This document shows positions 27,553 to 39,600 of a DNA stretch of 64,000 nt, one piece after another. A program made the translations under genes and the position numbers. Numbering within the stretch: position 1 is the stretch's first letter; the number at the start of each line of letters is the position of its first letter. The notes beneath the pieces were generated by a model, which was not told the DNA's origin, did no database searches, and saw only the letters and a list, made by a program, of their open reading frames with translations. This DNA comes from a virus, in IMG/VR virus record IMGVR_UViG_3300017917_001176, positions 13,052-77,051 of that record, one strand, 5' to 3'.

Positions 27553-29622
27553 TTATCTAACCTGAACTACGGACATTACCAATGCTTCTTCGGCAGTTTC
27601 TTTGTTTTCTAGTGCGCGACCAAGTACATTGAATGCAGTTGCTTCGCCATCAGCAGCAGCACGAGCACATCCGTTGCCAGCTGATACCAATCGCTGTCCT
27701 TTGGTTACTTGTCCTACCACACGAACATTAACACGACCAGTTAGTGCAATAGGTGGATGTGTGTCATTGTCTCCTGCACCTTCATTCATCAGGTACGCAA
27801 AGTTATGACTTACTACACCAAACACTGTTTCGCTGGCATCTGTGTTTTCTTGTGTGACTTCGTGTGTGCCACCAATAGTAACCACAGTTCCTTCTGGGTA
27901 CGCAGCATCAGCAGCAAAACGTTCTGCCAAGTCAGCGTATGTTGCACGGAAGGTTGCGCCCGATGCCAATTGCCATGTACCAGTAACAATACTGGTACTC
28001 AAGCCTGAGTGAATACCTTTAACGTAAGCATTACCAAACATCTGTGCGCTGCTACCAATGTCACCTGTTCCGCTGGTGCCACCTTTAACCACACTGTGAA
28101 CGTTTGCAGCAGTCACATACACAGTACCAAATCGCATGTCTGGCTGGCCAATATCACCAATACCTGGGGTTGTGCCAGATGTTGCGCCATGCACAATACT
28201 GTGTACGTTGGCTGTGTTGGCGTAGAAATCTCTAAAGCGGTTGCCTTCGTTAGCTAGGTCACGAATGTTGTTTTGGTCAGGTGCTAGTACACCCAAGATA
28301 CTGGAAGTACCGTCACGTAACAATGATCCGGTGCTCAATGTGCCCAGTGTGCTTTGAATTGATCTAACGTTAGAGAACATACTGGCTGTTGCAGCAGGTG
28401 CAATACCAGGATTACTCAACACGTTGGCATGAATAGCAGCAACGTTGGCCCACAGTGCAACCACGTTGGCTGCAAAGTTTTGACCAGAATTCATAATCTG
28501 ATTCCACTGAGTGCTGTTGCCCAACAATGAACCAGCTGTGTAAATGCCCAACTCGCTTTGTAGTACACGAACGTTACCGTACACTGAATTGGTGTTTGCT
28601 GTCAACGCAGTGATAGATGAGTTGATAGTGTTGGTGTTAGACGCAATAAAACCTTTGATAGCATTATCAGCAGTATCCACATAACCTTTGGTAGCAATAC
28701 CAAGTACGCCAGTTGGGTCTGCGTTCACTGTGATCAAGCCAGTGTTTCTATCAACAGTTAATACGTTAACGGAAGTACCGCCTGCATTTTCTGGTTTGGT
28801 TGCAATAATAAAACCATTGCCGCGATATACGCTGGACAGTGTTAGGTTGTTGTCGTTAACACTGATTTCTGCATAATCAATTGTACCACCAGTTTCTGTA
28901 ATCTTGATACCGTCAGTGTTCTGAATTTCAATCTGCGCATCAACCACTGGTGTGGTTTTGGTTAGATAGTTTGCTGCAAGAATACCGCCTAGGTAAGAGG
29001 TGTTGTTTGCATTCTCATAGTACACCAGAGCTGGAATACGATCAGTTGCTAGGTTGAAACCTGGCTTGACTGTTAGGAATCCTGGAATAGCAGGGCTTGG
29101 AGTAAACGCTGTGTCCTTGCTTAGAATAGCAACCAAGTTGTTCTGTACAAAGAACTTAACAACCACGTGGCTAACCAAGCCGCTGTCAATAATGGTGTCA
29201 GCAATCGCGCCTGACGTACCAGTGGTGGCAGTAAAGCTAGGACCAATAACAATCCAGCTTGCGCCTGAATATGTTTTCAACTGTTGATTAACTGTGTCAA
29301 ACCACAAGTCGCCTGCAATGGCATTGCTTGGGGCATCGCTGGTGCTTTGTGCTCCAGAGATAGTTTTCCAGTTACCAAACTTGTCGTATACCTGTAGTAA
29401 ACGAGTATCAGTTCTCCACCAAAGTTGTCCGACAATTGGGTTCAGTGGCGCCGATGACGATGCAAAGTTTTCTAGCAGTCGTATAAAGTTCTCATTAAGG
29501 AACGTGCCATAACCAGCATAGTTTTTCCCAATCAGTGTCAAGCTACTAGCAGAACTGTTGGTTTGTCCATCTGCTACTGTAGCTAACGGTGTTCCATCCG
29601 TTTTAATAATGTTATAACTCAT
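27553..29622 (-). CDS. tail fibre/appendage protein with C-terminal G2-type (ADLAE) autochaperone domain
   Basis: N-terminal virion anchor shared with 29659..32073; ATKGYVD fibre motif; C-terminal YADLAERF..GVVS..IALTGRV.V.V.G. Confidence 0.75.
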   Translation of the reverse strand: MSYNIIKTDGTPLATVADGQTNSSASSLTLIGKNYAGYGTFLNENFIRLLENFASSSAPLNPIVGQLWWRTDTRLLQVYDKFGNWKTISGAQSTSDAPSNAIAGDLWFDTVNQQLKTYSGASWIVIGPSFTATTGTSGAIADTIIDSGLVSHVVVKFFVQNNLVAILSKDTAFTPSPAIPGFLTVKPGFNLATDRIPALVYYENANNTSYLGGILAANYLTKTTPVVDAQIEIQNTDGIKITETGGTIDYAEISVNDNNLTLSSVYRGNGFIIATKPENAGGTSVNVLTVDRNTGLITVNADPTGVLGIATKGYVDTADNAIKGFIASNTNTINSSITALTANTNSVYGNVRVLQSELGIYTAGSLLGNSTQWNQIMNSGQNFAANVVALWANVAAIHANVLSNPGIAPAATASMFSNVRSIQSTLGTLSTGSLLRDGTSSILGVLAPDQNNIRDLANEGNRFRDFYANTANVHSIVHGATSGTTPGIGDIGQPDMRFGTVYVTAANVHSVVKGGTSGTGDIGSSAQMFGNAYVKGIHSGLSTSIVTGTWQLASGATFRATYADLAERFAADAAYPEGTVVTIGGTHEVTQENTDASETVFGVVSHNFAYLMNEGAGDNDTHPPIALTGRVNVRVVGQVTKGQRLVSAGNGCARAAADGEATAFNVLGRALENKETAEEALVMSVVQVR

Positions 29623-29647
29623 TCCTTAAACTCCAATTTGTTTTTAA

Positions 29648-29654
29648 TATTTAT
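29648..29654 (-). promoter_or_regulatory. late-promoter box ATAAATA
   Basis: Intergenic, upstream of the fibre gene start at 29622. Confidence 0.6.
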
Positions 29655-29658
29655 GGTA

Positions 29659-32073
29659 TTAAATTACCTTCATGATGTAGCAAAGCGCATAGTATGGAGG
29701 TATAGTGGATACCACAACACTGTGAGTATGTGCGCCATCAGATGAAATAGTGTGATCGTGCCCTTGCCCGCCACCAGTGTTTGCTACCAATGTGCTTGTG
29801 CCGCCAGTTTGTTGACCAGCCTGGTGTATAAAGTACCCAGTTCCAGAAACGGTTAGCACTGTGCCAGACGCTGGGTGAGTATGGTTTGGCATTTGTGCAA
29901 TGCTCAGTGCTGTATTTCCAGTGATGCCTGCATGGCTGTGTGCGCCATTGCTGGCTGTAATTGCTGTGTTACTAGCTGCACCGCCCTGAGTATTAGTGTT
30001 GTATGCTGCACCTGCTCCAATTACAAATCTGTCACGCAGATCGGGTGTACCGTTGTCTCCGTTACATAGCTGCCAACCATATGGTACATTGCTGGTAGTT
30101 CCGTACCACATCATGATCATGCCAACTGGTAACACTGTGTGTACAAACGCTGTGGTTGCCAACTGTGTGGTGTTAGCTGAAATGTTTGCAGTTGGTGCTG
30201 CGGGTGTGTTTGTAAAGGTTGGACTTGACAGTGTTGCATACTGGCTCAGGTCCAGATTAGCAATAGTACTGTTGACCCAGAATGTGCTAGCAATCTGTCC
30301 AGAGCTGTCGCCTGGAGCAGCATTTGGTGTTAGAGGAACTCCTGTAAATGAAGGGTTCAGTATTGTGGCTCTTAATCCAATTTGTGTGTTTGCTGCATTA
30401 AGACTTGCTGTTGTTGCTGATAGATCTGTGTCTGCTCTTGCGGTCACAAATGCTGTTGTAGCAATCATGGTATTGGCTGTGCCAGTTGGTGCAGTTGGTG
30501 CAGTTGGTGAGCCAGTTAGTGCAGCATCTTGTGCATAAGGTCTTAGAGCCACGCTTTGTGTTAGTGCTCCAAGATTGCCGTACACGTCAGTGATTATGGT
30601 ACTTACTTGTCCAAATGTTTGTCTGCCAGCTGGTGCAGAATCAATCAGCGCAGTTACGTTACTGGCTAGATAGCTTCTTGTGGTGTTATCAACTGTGTCT
30701 ACATAACCTTTGGTTGCAATACCTAAAGTTGCAGTTGGGTTAGCTAACACTGTGGCCAAGCCATCAACGCCGCTGATAGTTAATACTGGTGCAGCAACGT
30801 TGGTTGAGATGTTGCTAACAAAAGCAATTCCGCCATCTCTAACAATGTTCTTTACTGTTACATTACCGTTTAAAGAATTGATCTGCAAATTACCAGCACC
30901 AAGTTCTACGTTGCCTTCAAACGTGGTCTTGCCTTCAAAACTGTTGTCAATGGATAGTTGCGCAAATGCGTCTGCTGCTAATCCACCTAACTGTTGAGAG
31001 TTTGTTGCAGTTCCGTTGAATAAAGTAACTGCACCAGCGCCTCGTTGGAATGTAACTGGTTCATTCTCATACACTGTGGTTGAAGTAGCCACGGTAACTG
31101 CATTGTTTCCGTACAGTGCAGAAACAGTAATACCGGCACTCAAACTCACGTTAGCTGATGTAAAGTAGTCTCCGGTCTGTAAATTCTCAATTGATCCAAC
31201 TGTGAATGTGGTCGAGCCACCTGCGCCAGTTGCAAAAGCATCAACAGTTTTTGCAATCTGAACACCGCTGGATGCTCTTGTCTGAATACCAGGCTTGATT
31301 GAACTAAAGTTTTCAATCTCGTAAGCTGGTGCTAGAGTGTATTCTAAGTCTTTGCTGATTGTGGCAACAATGGTGCCATCTGCATACACTAGATCCAACA
31401 CATGTGAAATGCCGTTGACATCTAGTACTGTGGTAGGAATAATACCATTGATTCTTTGTGCGCGAGTGTAAATTGGACCAACTGTGTACCAACCAGATCC
31501 ACGAGTGAATGTGATGGTGTCGTTTAAAATTACGTTTGCACTGGTAGTCAAACGCAACTGGTTGGTATTTAAAACCTGAGCAATTCGTACATCGTTTAGT
31601 GCAGGAATATTCGCATGCGTCACTGTGTCGTTGACCAACAGATCTGATGTACTGGTTATAGTAACTGTGTTGCCGGTGCTGTTTGATGTGATGTTTCTAG
31701 TGAATACTGTTTCACCTGTCCAGATTTTCAATTGATAGTTTTCTGTGTCCCACCAAAAATTACCAACTTTGGCAGTGACCGTGCTAGGTGCGCTGCTGCT
31801 AGAGGTCAAATGACTGATCAATTTCCAGCTGGTTCCAGTCCATAGACTTAGGTCGCCTGTGGTAGTTGAGAACCATAGTTGTCCACTCAGTGGGCTAGCT
31901 GGAGCAGTGCCATTGGCAAAGTTTTCCATTAACTTGACAAAGTTGTCGTTTAAGAAAACACCATATCCTGAATAGTTACGACCTACCAGCGTTACGCTGT
32001 AGTCATCATTTCTTTCAGTATCTGGTACTGTTAGTAAAGTGTCGCCATTGGTTTTTGTAATTATGTAGGCCAT
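29659..32073 (-). CDS. tail fibre protein with tail-collar domain
   Basis: Three (F/L)T..P..P...ATTAFV-type repeats; LPVGMIMMW..P.GWQLCNG.NGTPDLRDRF collar; HxH motifs; PPYYALCYIMK end. Confidence 0.85.
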   Translation of the reverse strand: MAYIITKTNGDTLLTVPDTERNDDYSVTLVGRNYSGYGVFLNDNFVKLMENFANGTAPASPLSGQLWFSTTTGDLSLWTGTSWKLISHLTSSSSAPSTVTAKVGNFWWDTENYQLKIWTGETVFTRNITSNSTGNTVTITSTSDLLVNDTVTHANIPALNDVRIAQVLNTNQLRLTTSANVILNDTITFTRGSGWYTVGPIYTRAQRINGIIPTTVLDVNGISHVLDLVYADGTIVATISKDLEYTLAPAYEIENFSSIKPGIQTRASSGVQIAKTVDAFATGAGGSTTFTVGSIENLQTGDYFTSANVSLSAGITVSALYGNNAVTVATSTTVYENEPVTFQRGAGAVTLFNGTATNSQQLGGLAADAFAQLSIDNSFEGKTTFEGNVELGAGNLQINSLNGNVTVKNIVRDGGIAFVSNISTNVAAPVLTISGVDGLATVLANPTATLGIATKGYVDTVDNTTRSYLASNVTALIDSAPAGRQTFGQVSTIITDVYGNLGALTQSVALRPYAQDAALTGSPTAPTAPTGTANTMIATTAFVTARADTDLSATTASLNAANTQIGLRATILNPSFTGVPLTPNAAPGDSSGQIASTFWVNSTIANLDLSQYATLSSPTFTNTPAAPTANISANTTQLATTAFVHTVLPVGMIMMWYGTTSNVPYGWQLCNGDNGTPDLRDRFVIGAGAAYNTNTQGGAASNTAITASNGAHSHAGITGNTALSIAQMPNHTHPASGTVLTVSGTGYFIHQAGQQTGGTSTLVANTGGGQGHDHTISSDGAHTHSVVVSTIPPYYALCYIMKVI

Positions 32074-32079
32074 TTGCTA

Positions 32080-32760
32080 TTATCCTATTGCACTCAAATT
32101 GGTCAGCGTCTGAATACGCACAGTGTAATCAATTTGAATCAGTCGATTCAAACTCTTTTGCACTGGATGGAAAATCACGTGAGTAAGTAATTTTCCTGTA
32201 CCTGCGGTACCGTCAATTGCACGAGCTTTGATTCCTAGCTCGTCAAAGGTAAATGTGTCGTTTAGTGTGGTGCTGTTGTCAAACACGCTTTGAGTTGCAG
32301 GCTCACCGTAGTCCAGTAAGCAGCTGATAATGATATCGCTGTATGCGTTGCCTGGCACGTGTCGCACCTGCATTTTGTTGTTGGTTGGATCAGAATTGTT
32401 GCTGTCTGTGTCGTCTACAATTTTGTAATAAGTTGGGTTGTACAGGGTAGCATTTACCGAAGTGGTGTTTGGAATCAAATATGTGATCACCCCAGTGCTG
32501 TCCACAGCACTACCACCGTTTCCAAAGTGCATTTCGTACATGTACTGTTGGTCTCTGTGACTCAGTGCATACGCAATTGCTTCACTCATATTTTCATAGT
32601 GAATAGCGTTGGCCTTGTCCACTAGCACAACAGGTGCATCTTTGTCGGTTACGTCTGAAATTTTAATGTGCCCACGCACATAAATTCCGCCAAATTCGTT
32701 TGGGCGTTGAGATTTTTCCATTGGTGCCTCGGGCTGCTTATTTTCTGATAAATTGTTCAT
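32080..32760 (-). CDS. putative baseplate/fibre-attachment structural protein
   Basis: NAIHYEN, FGNGG, FDELG, LLTHVIFHPVQKS.NR.IQIDY; start revised to 32760, 5 nt after TAAATA. Confidence 0.65.
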   Translation of the reverse strand: MNNLSENKQPEAPMEKSQRPNEFGGIYVRGHIKISDVTDKDAPVVLVDKANAIHYENMSEAIAYALSHRDQQYMYEMHFGNGGSAVDSTGVITYLIPNTTSVNATLYNPTYYKIVDDTDSNNSDPTNNKMQVRHVPGNAYSDIIISCLLDYGEPATQSVFDNSTTLNDTFTFDELGIKARAIDGTAGTGKLLTHVIFHPVQKSLNRLIQIDYTVRIQTLTNLSAIG

Positions 32761-32765
32761 ATCCT

Positions 32766-32771
32766 TATTTA
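32766..32771 (-). promoter_or_regulatory. late-promoter box TAAATA
   Basis: TAAATA-AGGAT-ATG. Confidence 0.55.
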
Positions 32772-32786
32772 GCATGACTATCAATC

Positions 32787-33662
32787 CTAAGAACTAAGTG
32801 TTTGTAAGCCTAAAATACTAATCAAGTTTCCAGCGGTTAAATTGCCAGAAATTGTGCTGTTTGTGGTTCCGCCCACAGTTCGCGTGAGATTAGTTAGGGT
32901 GCTGTTTGCTGTCCATACTTTTTCATACCAAATTACTTCTGCTCGTACCCGTACAGCTCCCACAGTGGGACGGCTGTTGAATTCTATATATTCGCCGGCA
33001 GCAAAAGTAACGTTGCCCGTGAGCCCAGATACTTGTACCACGCTGTTTTGAGAAAATATTTTGGATACTTTAACTAGATTTGGCAGGTCAATTTCAGCAG
33101 CAACATTTGCAGTACTCAGCACTGATCCAATGTAAACATTGTCCAAGGTCTCTAAGGGTAGCAGTATAGTATTTGCAGTGATGCTGCTGGATGTAGTACG
33201 TATGGTTCTAATAAATGCTGTTTTTGGGTACAGGTATAATGTTTCGCCTGATGTAATAGTAGCATTGCCCACACTACCTTGTAGCAATATATTGCTGTTT
33301 GAAAATATCTTGACCACTGAAACATTTGCAGCAGTGGTGATATTTGCTGTCACAGCCTGACTGCCCAAAGTGATTGTGGAAGTAGACGATACAGGAACCA
33401 GTAGCACATTTGATAGCAGACTGTTAGCGGTAACTGTGCTGTTGGCAGTAATCCCGCTGGGATCCGGAAACAGCGAAATATTGCTCACAATAATCTCAGC
33501 GTTTGCAAAATTGGTTAAGTTGCCTGCAAGGTAATCGTACTTGGGCAATCTTGGATCTGTATTCGTGGTGTACGCAGGGTATGTACGCAAGAATATGCTT
33601 TCCAGCGTATTGCTTGCATACAAGCCTGTTCCAGTTACAGTAACGTTATTGGTTAATGCCAT
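32787..33662 (-). CDS. virion structural protein, beta-rich
   Basis: Thr/Asn/Val-rich, two internal modules; resembles the C-terminus of the 6190-aa protein. Confidence 0.65.
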   Translation of the reverse strand: MALTNNVTVTGTGLYASNTLESIFLRTYPAYTTNTDPRLPKYDYLAGNLTNFANAEIIVSNISLFPDPSGITANSTVTANSLLSNVLLVPVSSTSTITLGSQAVTANITTAANVSVVKIFSNSNILLQGSVGNATITSGETLYLYPKTAFIRTIRTTSSSITANTILLPLETLDNVYIGSVLSTANVAAEIDLPNLVKVSKIFSQNSVVQVSGLTGNVTFAAGEYIEFNSRPTVGAVRVRAEVIWYEKVWTANSTLTNLTRTVGGTTNSTISGNLTAGNLISILGLQTLSS

Positions 33663-33669
33663 TTTTCAC

Positions 33670-36600
33670 CTAGGGTCTTTCAAGCCAGATAGTACCTTGT
33701 GGTACACTGGAGATTATTGTGCTTTGATACGTTGCAGTATTTGCATTACCAGAGAAGCCATTGTTGACTTCAAGGTCTTGTGTAATACTCAACACCGTAT
33801 CACGAGTGATAATTTGTTCAGCACTTGCATCAGTAATTATGCTGCCCACAGGGTGAGCTAACGGAATACTGGTTCTTGCAGCACCACGTCTGATATCAGT
33901 CAGTACATTGCGTCCATAATCAATACCAAAGTAATTGATCTTTTCTGCATTGATCCAAATAGATCCAGGCTGGTTCTGAGAAGCATTTGGCTCTGGCAGC
34001 TTGGCCACATCGTCGACTGCAACTTCTTCTGAATCGTAACTGAGTTCGCTGGTCAGTATCACTGTGTTAGCAGCTGGCAAACGATAATACACTGTTGGCA
34101 ATTTGTAATCTGTGAATGCTTTGTAAGCAATCACATTACCGTAGTCAACATTACCATTTACAACATTGGCCGTGAACACGTTCATTTGCAGACTATCAAT
34201 CACTTGTCCAGGTACCAGTTCTTCTGGTGCATGGCTGCTGAATGTGTCAATGTACTTGCCGCCGTTGATGGTAATATCTTCAGGGCGTGTGCCTAGTTCG
34301 TTATCAGTGTAAACGCTGGTGATCTGTGTATCCAGGCTCAGAATGTCTGTTGCTGTTTCTGTATACGGTTGTCCAATTACTCGTGCGCCTGGATAACTGG
34401 TACCTGGAACTAGATCTGGAATATCCTTTGCCAGATGATCCAGTACACCACCAATGGTATAAGACTTGGTGCTGGTAATTGCCACACCACCTAGTATGCC
34501 CAGTGTAGTGTTAGCTTCCAATGTGTACCCTGCACCCAGTGTGGCAGTATTTGCAAACGCCAGTGTGTAGGTATCCTTGTTCAAGAACTGTGTGGTTCTC
34601 AATTGCAGTTTGGTACCAGTGGTGTCAAAGAATGTTACCAATGCACCAGCTGGAATATTTGCTGTGAACGGTGTGTTCAGTTGCACTGTGGTTGTGTTCA
34701 CACTCACGCTGTTGTAGTCAATGTTAACATCTTTACCACTGCTTCGTGCATACTGCCATGTAAAGTTTGCAAAGCGACCAACTTGTTTAACTCTTGCACC
34801 AGTTGGCATGCCTGTACCTGAAATGGTCCAGTTGCCTAATACTTTGGTATAATTGTCTACATAGACAATGTTGTCGCCTTTGCTTGCAGCTCTACTGGTT
34901 ACCAACTGTATGCTTGCACTGTTTGGTCCAGTGAATGTTAGTGTTGTTCCAGATGGAATATCATCAACAAATCCGTAACTGAATGACACACGTTGATTAA
35001 CGCCTGCAGAAACTGTGGCTGTTGCAAATGCAATGGCAATTGACCACAGTGTGGTTTCTGCATTGTAACTGACTCCTGTTACCAAACTATCGTCTGGTAG
35101 CAAGGATGCAGTGACTGTCATGCCTGCAAATACTTCGCCTGCTAGGTCTGTGGATGGAATCAGCACGGTCAACGATGTTGCATCTGTTACTGCGTCCCAG
35201 TCAGCTGATGGAGTTCTTGTACCTGCAGACAACACAGGATTAACTGCGCCCAGCTCAATGTAAGCTTCACTTTGTACGCCCGGGTAACCCCAGATGATTG
35301 TACTTTCGTTGCCTACAACCACAAACTTTTCACCGTCCCAGGTTACGTCTGAGAAGTTGATAGTCTTAACTGCGGCAGGACTCAGTGGGCTGATAAAATT
35401 ATCAGCGTTGAATGCTCTGAAGTTTTTAAACACTTCAATACCGTAGTTAACCACAGTTTTACCAATAGTGTCACTGCCTAGTTCTGCTGCGCCTGATCTG
35501 AGTTGTACTGGACTATCTAACTTGTTCCAGATCAGTGTACCAGCTGAACCAACTGCCACCAACCAACGATCTGTTTCGCCACTGAGTGCAATAGCATTGA
35601 TCTGTTGTCCACTTACACCATCGCCTTGTCCAATTACATCAATTGGGGCTTTCATTTCAATCCATGGGTAAGCACTGTCTCCAGCTTTGCCTGCATCGTA
35701 GTTGTAGCCTTTGGCATAACCCAACAGCGCATCTTCTAATCTAGCATAGCTGGTAATAAAGAAGTTACCGTTGTTGCCTGCTGCAATTACAAAACCTTGT
35801 TGCAAGCGATTGTTGCTGGTACCACTGGTTGTAAAGTATCCTGAGTCTTGCAGATCCACTGCATAGGTTGTTCCGTTGTTGTCAGTTAGGTCGCCAAATG
35901 ATTGAGAGAACAATGTCAGGAACTGTATTGGAGTTCCATAAATTGTAGGCTGTGGTTTCGCACTGTACCAACCTTGATCCAGATCCAATGAAGTATCATA
36001 CGGATTCATCAGTATGTTGCTACCGTTACCTGCTGCAATCACGTAGTTGCCTCTGGTGCCAGTTACTTCGGCCACTGCTGTAAAGTCAATTGCCTGACTT
36101 GCATTCAACAGTGTACTACCAGAAGTGTTGTCAATGGTTGGTGAGAACTGATATTCAGTTACAACTTCTTTTGACCAATCCACTGCATTATCACTGGTGA
36201 GCAGTGTGGCTTGATTACCAACTGCAATCCAAGTGGTTCCATTGAACAAACAAGCATCGCGAAGATTAATTTGGTTCTCTGAAATAAATGCAACTACCCA
36301 GTTTGTGCTGTTCTTGCTCAGTGCGATCAGTCCGCGATTACCAACAGCAATGTATTGATATTCGTGTGTTGCTGGAACAACACCGCTGTGTTTTACTGCG
36401 TTCCACTCATTGCCCTGCGAGCTAACTGCGTCATTGGTATTACTGTCATCCAAACGATTGGTATCTGGACTGCTGTACAATGTAGCAATATCTGGAGTAC
36501 CAGGTTGATTGTATGCAGCCACACGGTCAATTGCATTGTCAATGTCTGAACCACGTAATTTTTGTACTACAGTTTCATCGTCAAAAATATTCAAGTTCAG

Positions 36601-39600
36601 AGTATCTGTGCCCAACACAGTTTTTATTGCTAGGTACACGTTGTTGTAACGTGGTAGCAATTGGTCTGGCAAGTTAGCAAACAGTGTTTTTGTAACATCT
36701 GGTACCACAATGATGTCCCCAGGATGATATGTGGTGTATGGCTTCCACATACGTACTTTGGAAACATAAGTGGTTCTATCAAAACTCAATGTGGTTGTGA
36801 TAGTTCTCACAGTCTTGTTTTGAGTAGAAATGTTCACGTTTGCAGAACTTCCACTCAGTACCACATAAGCACGAGCACCAAATCCGCCGCCGCCAGTGAA
36901 TGTCACAGTTGGGGTTGTGGTGTAACCTGATCCGGCTGTTACAATATCAATTTCTGTAACTTGTCCAGCTGGGTTAATGATTGCGGTTGCGGTTGCACCT
37001 GTACCATTACCGCTGATAGTAACAGTTGGAGCTCTTACATATCCTTCGCCGCCGTCTATAACAATAATAGACTGTACGCTGTATTTGTAATTGTTTAACC
37101 AATTAACTGATGCTGAAGCTGCAATAGCGTTAGCATCGCGAGGTACGTTGATGTTCAGTGGACGATAGGTTCCAGTTATGCTGTCATACACTGATGGGAA
37201 GTCAAAGTCGGTGCTGTCAGCCACTGCATATTCAAGGCCTTCATAATCTAATAGATACTCACGCACCTGTGTACGATATGGTTTAACTTCGTTAATATAC
37301 TGTTCAAAGTAATCCTGTTGATCTCTGGTGTATGCTGCAAACTGTTCCAGTTTACGAATCTTATGAACCACAGATACAAAGCTGGTCTTAATTAACCAAT
37401 CTACATTTTTCTGTTCACTTAAGATGTAGTTGATTAATACAAAGAACAATTTGTTAATTTCAACGCTGTCTGTGTTGGTTAATATTCCATCAAACATGCC
37501 TTGAATAATATTGCGCAGTTCAATGGCATTGGTCTTGGCAAAACCAATGTTATCAAAACCAGTGTTGTCAAATCCAACCAATGACAGGTCAGTGTTATAC
37601 AACGATTCGTTCAGTTGTATTGTTCCGTTTTGAGCACCAACAATTACTGGAGCAAGTGTAGAGTCAATTGCATATAATTCAAAGTTACCGTTGCCATCAT
37701 CCAGTACCTTGATAACATCGCCTTCTGCTGCTGATGTTACTGTGGCAATATCCTTGAATTCCTGCACAATGTAGTCCACTTGTGTTTGGTCGTTGTAACC
37801 GGTTGTGTACCAGTTAGCATAACTCCAGTATCGGTTAGAGTCATAACTTTGAATTCTGTTCAAACTCCACTGAGGAGTGTTGGCTTCTGTAAATTCGTAT
37901 ATGGTCCAGTAGCCTTCGTTTTCGCCGTCGTTCAATACCAATACCTTGTAGCCGTCAATCAAGCCAGCAACCGGAATATAGTTTAATTCATCATAGGTAT
38001 TCACAACCTGGTTATAGAAACCAGCTGCATCTGGAGGAACTGGTTCCTGTGCTTGTAGTCCTGTTAGATCTTTGGATCTAACAATTAGATTTTCTGCAAG
38101 GAATCGGTTCAAGTAACCTACAAAAATTTGAATTGCTTTTGCAGGATTCTTTATCATGGTCTGACGAGGACGAACACCAACGCCAACCTGATTGTTTTCT
38201 TTCAGACGTAGATCAGGAACAACTTCACCCACACTGTTTTCGCCGCTGAGACTGTCAATCAGTTTGCTGATGTATTTCTCTGGAACTTGACTCAACGGGT
38301 TATTCTGTTGTACCAGCTCGTACTCGCTGTGTGCAATGTTCTCATTGAGAGTGCGAGCATATTCAATCTTTAAGATAATATCACTTGCACTCAAGTAATT
38401 GTTTACATTGTACAAGCTGAATGCGTTAGATGCCACAACCGCAACGTAAGGAATATCTTGTCCACGTGGATCTTGAATAAAGTCTGCAATCGCAGCCACA
38501 CTGCTGGTACGAGTGGTATATGACGACTCAATGTTGGTCTTGTTCTTTACCCAATAGTAGTACTTGGTTTTAATCAACCCAGACTGACTATCGTAGAACG
38601 ACTGCTCCACATACGCACTGTCATCTGCATATTTGGCTTCTCCGTTGTTTGTGGCAGCGTACTGACTAGGCAGTACTAGGCTCTCAACCCACTCACATAC
38701 TTCAATTGTGCTGCCTGGGAACAATTGACCCCAGTAGGTCACACGATAGTTGATGTCACCTTGCTCGTAATCAATATAACGACATGTGTCTAGATTCCAC
38801 CAGGTTCTACCAACTTGAACTTCATTCCAAGAACTGTTGGTGTCGTATGTTACTGCTGACACTGTGGTACGGTTGTACACTGCTGGGTCATATGCGGTTT
38901 TGTAATCTAGGTCTTGATCTGCTACGCCTAGTATTTTGCCTTTGACTGGATCAAAATAATCTAGGTCAGTTACAATCAGCTGAGTGTTTTGATCATACAA
39001 GAACGCCTGGTTGATGTAGTCAATGTCTACCTTGTCTCCACGCTCACGCAGTTTTACCCAACCTTTGCTCAGTGTTGGGTTAGTAAACAGATGCACTGCA
39101 CCTGCATCTTCACGATAGTAATCGCTGCGAGTTGAACCAACCACAACCCAATCGTTGTTAATTGCAATACCAGAACCAAAGTTATCATTGAACAAGATCA
39201 ATGAGTTTTGTAGAACTTGATTGTATAGATACTGACTTGGCTCAGACAGTGTTTCGCCAGGAATTGGCAAATAATCATACACGTATACTGCACCAGAGTT
39301 CTTTAGTACGTCAATGAATCGTGTGGTATCACGATCAAACAGGGTACTTAGATTATCAAATGTACTGGTTTTCAGTGTTGCGCCGCCCAAGCTGCTTACT
39401 AATAAAGATTCTCCAGTGGTATTATCTACTTTTACAATAGTACCAAACTTTTCAGGAGTTCCAGAATCTGGGTGCTCAAATATCTGCACCTGTTTGTAGA
39501 TCTTTAATCCTAGGTCTGATAGGCCTGTTCCTACGCCTGGTAAAATATTAATGCGCTTGTCTTTAGAACGCTCGGTTGTATAGATTTTCAACGGCGAACG

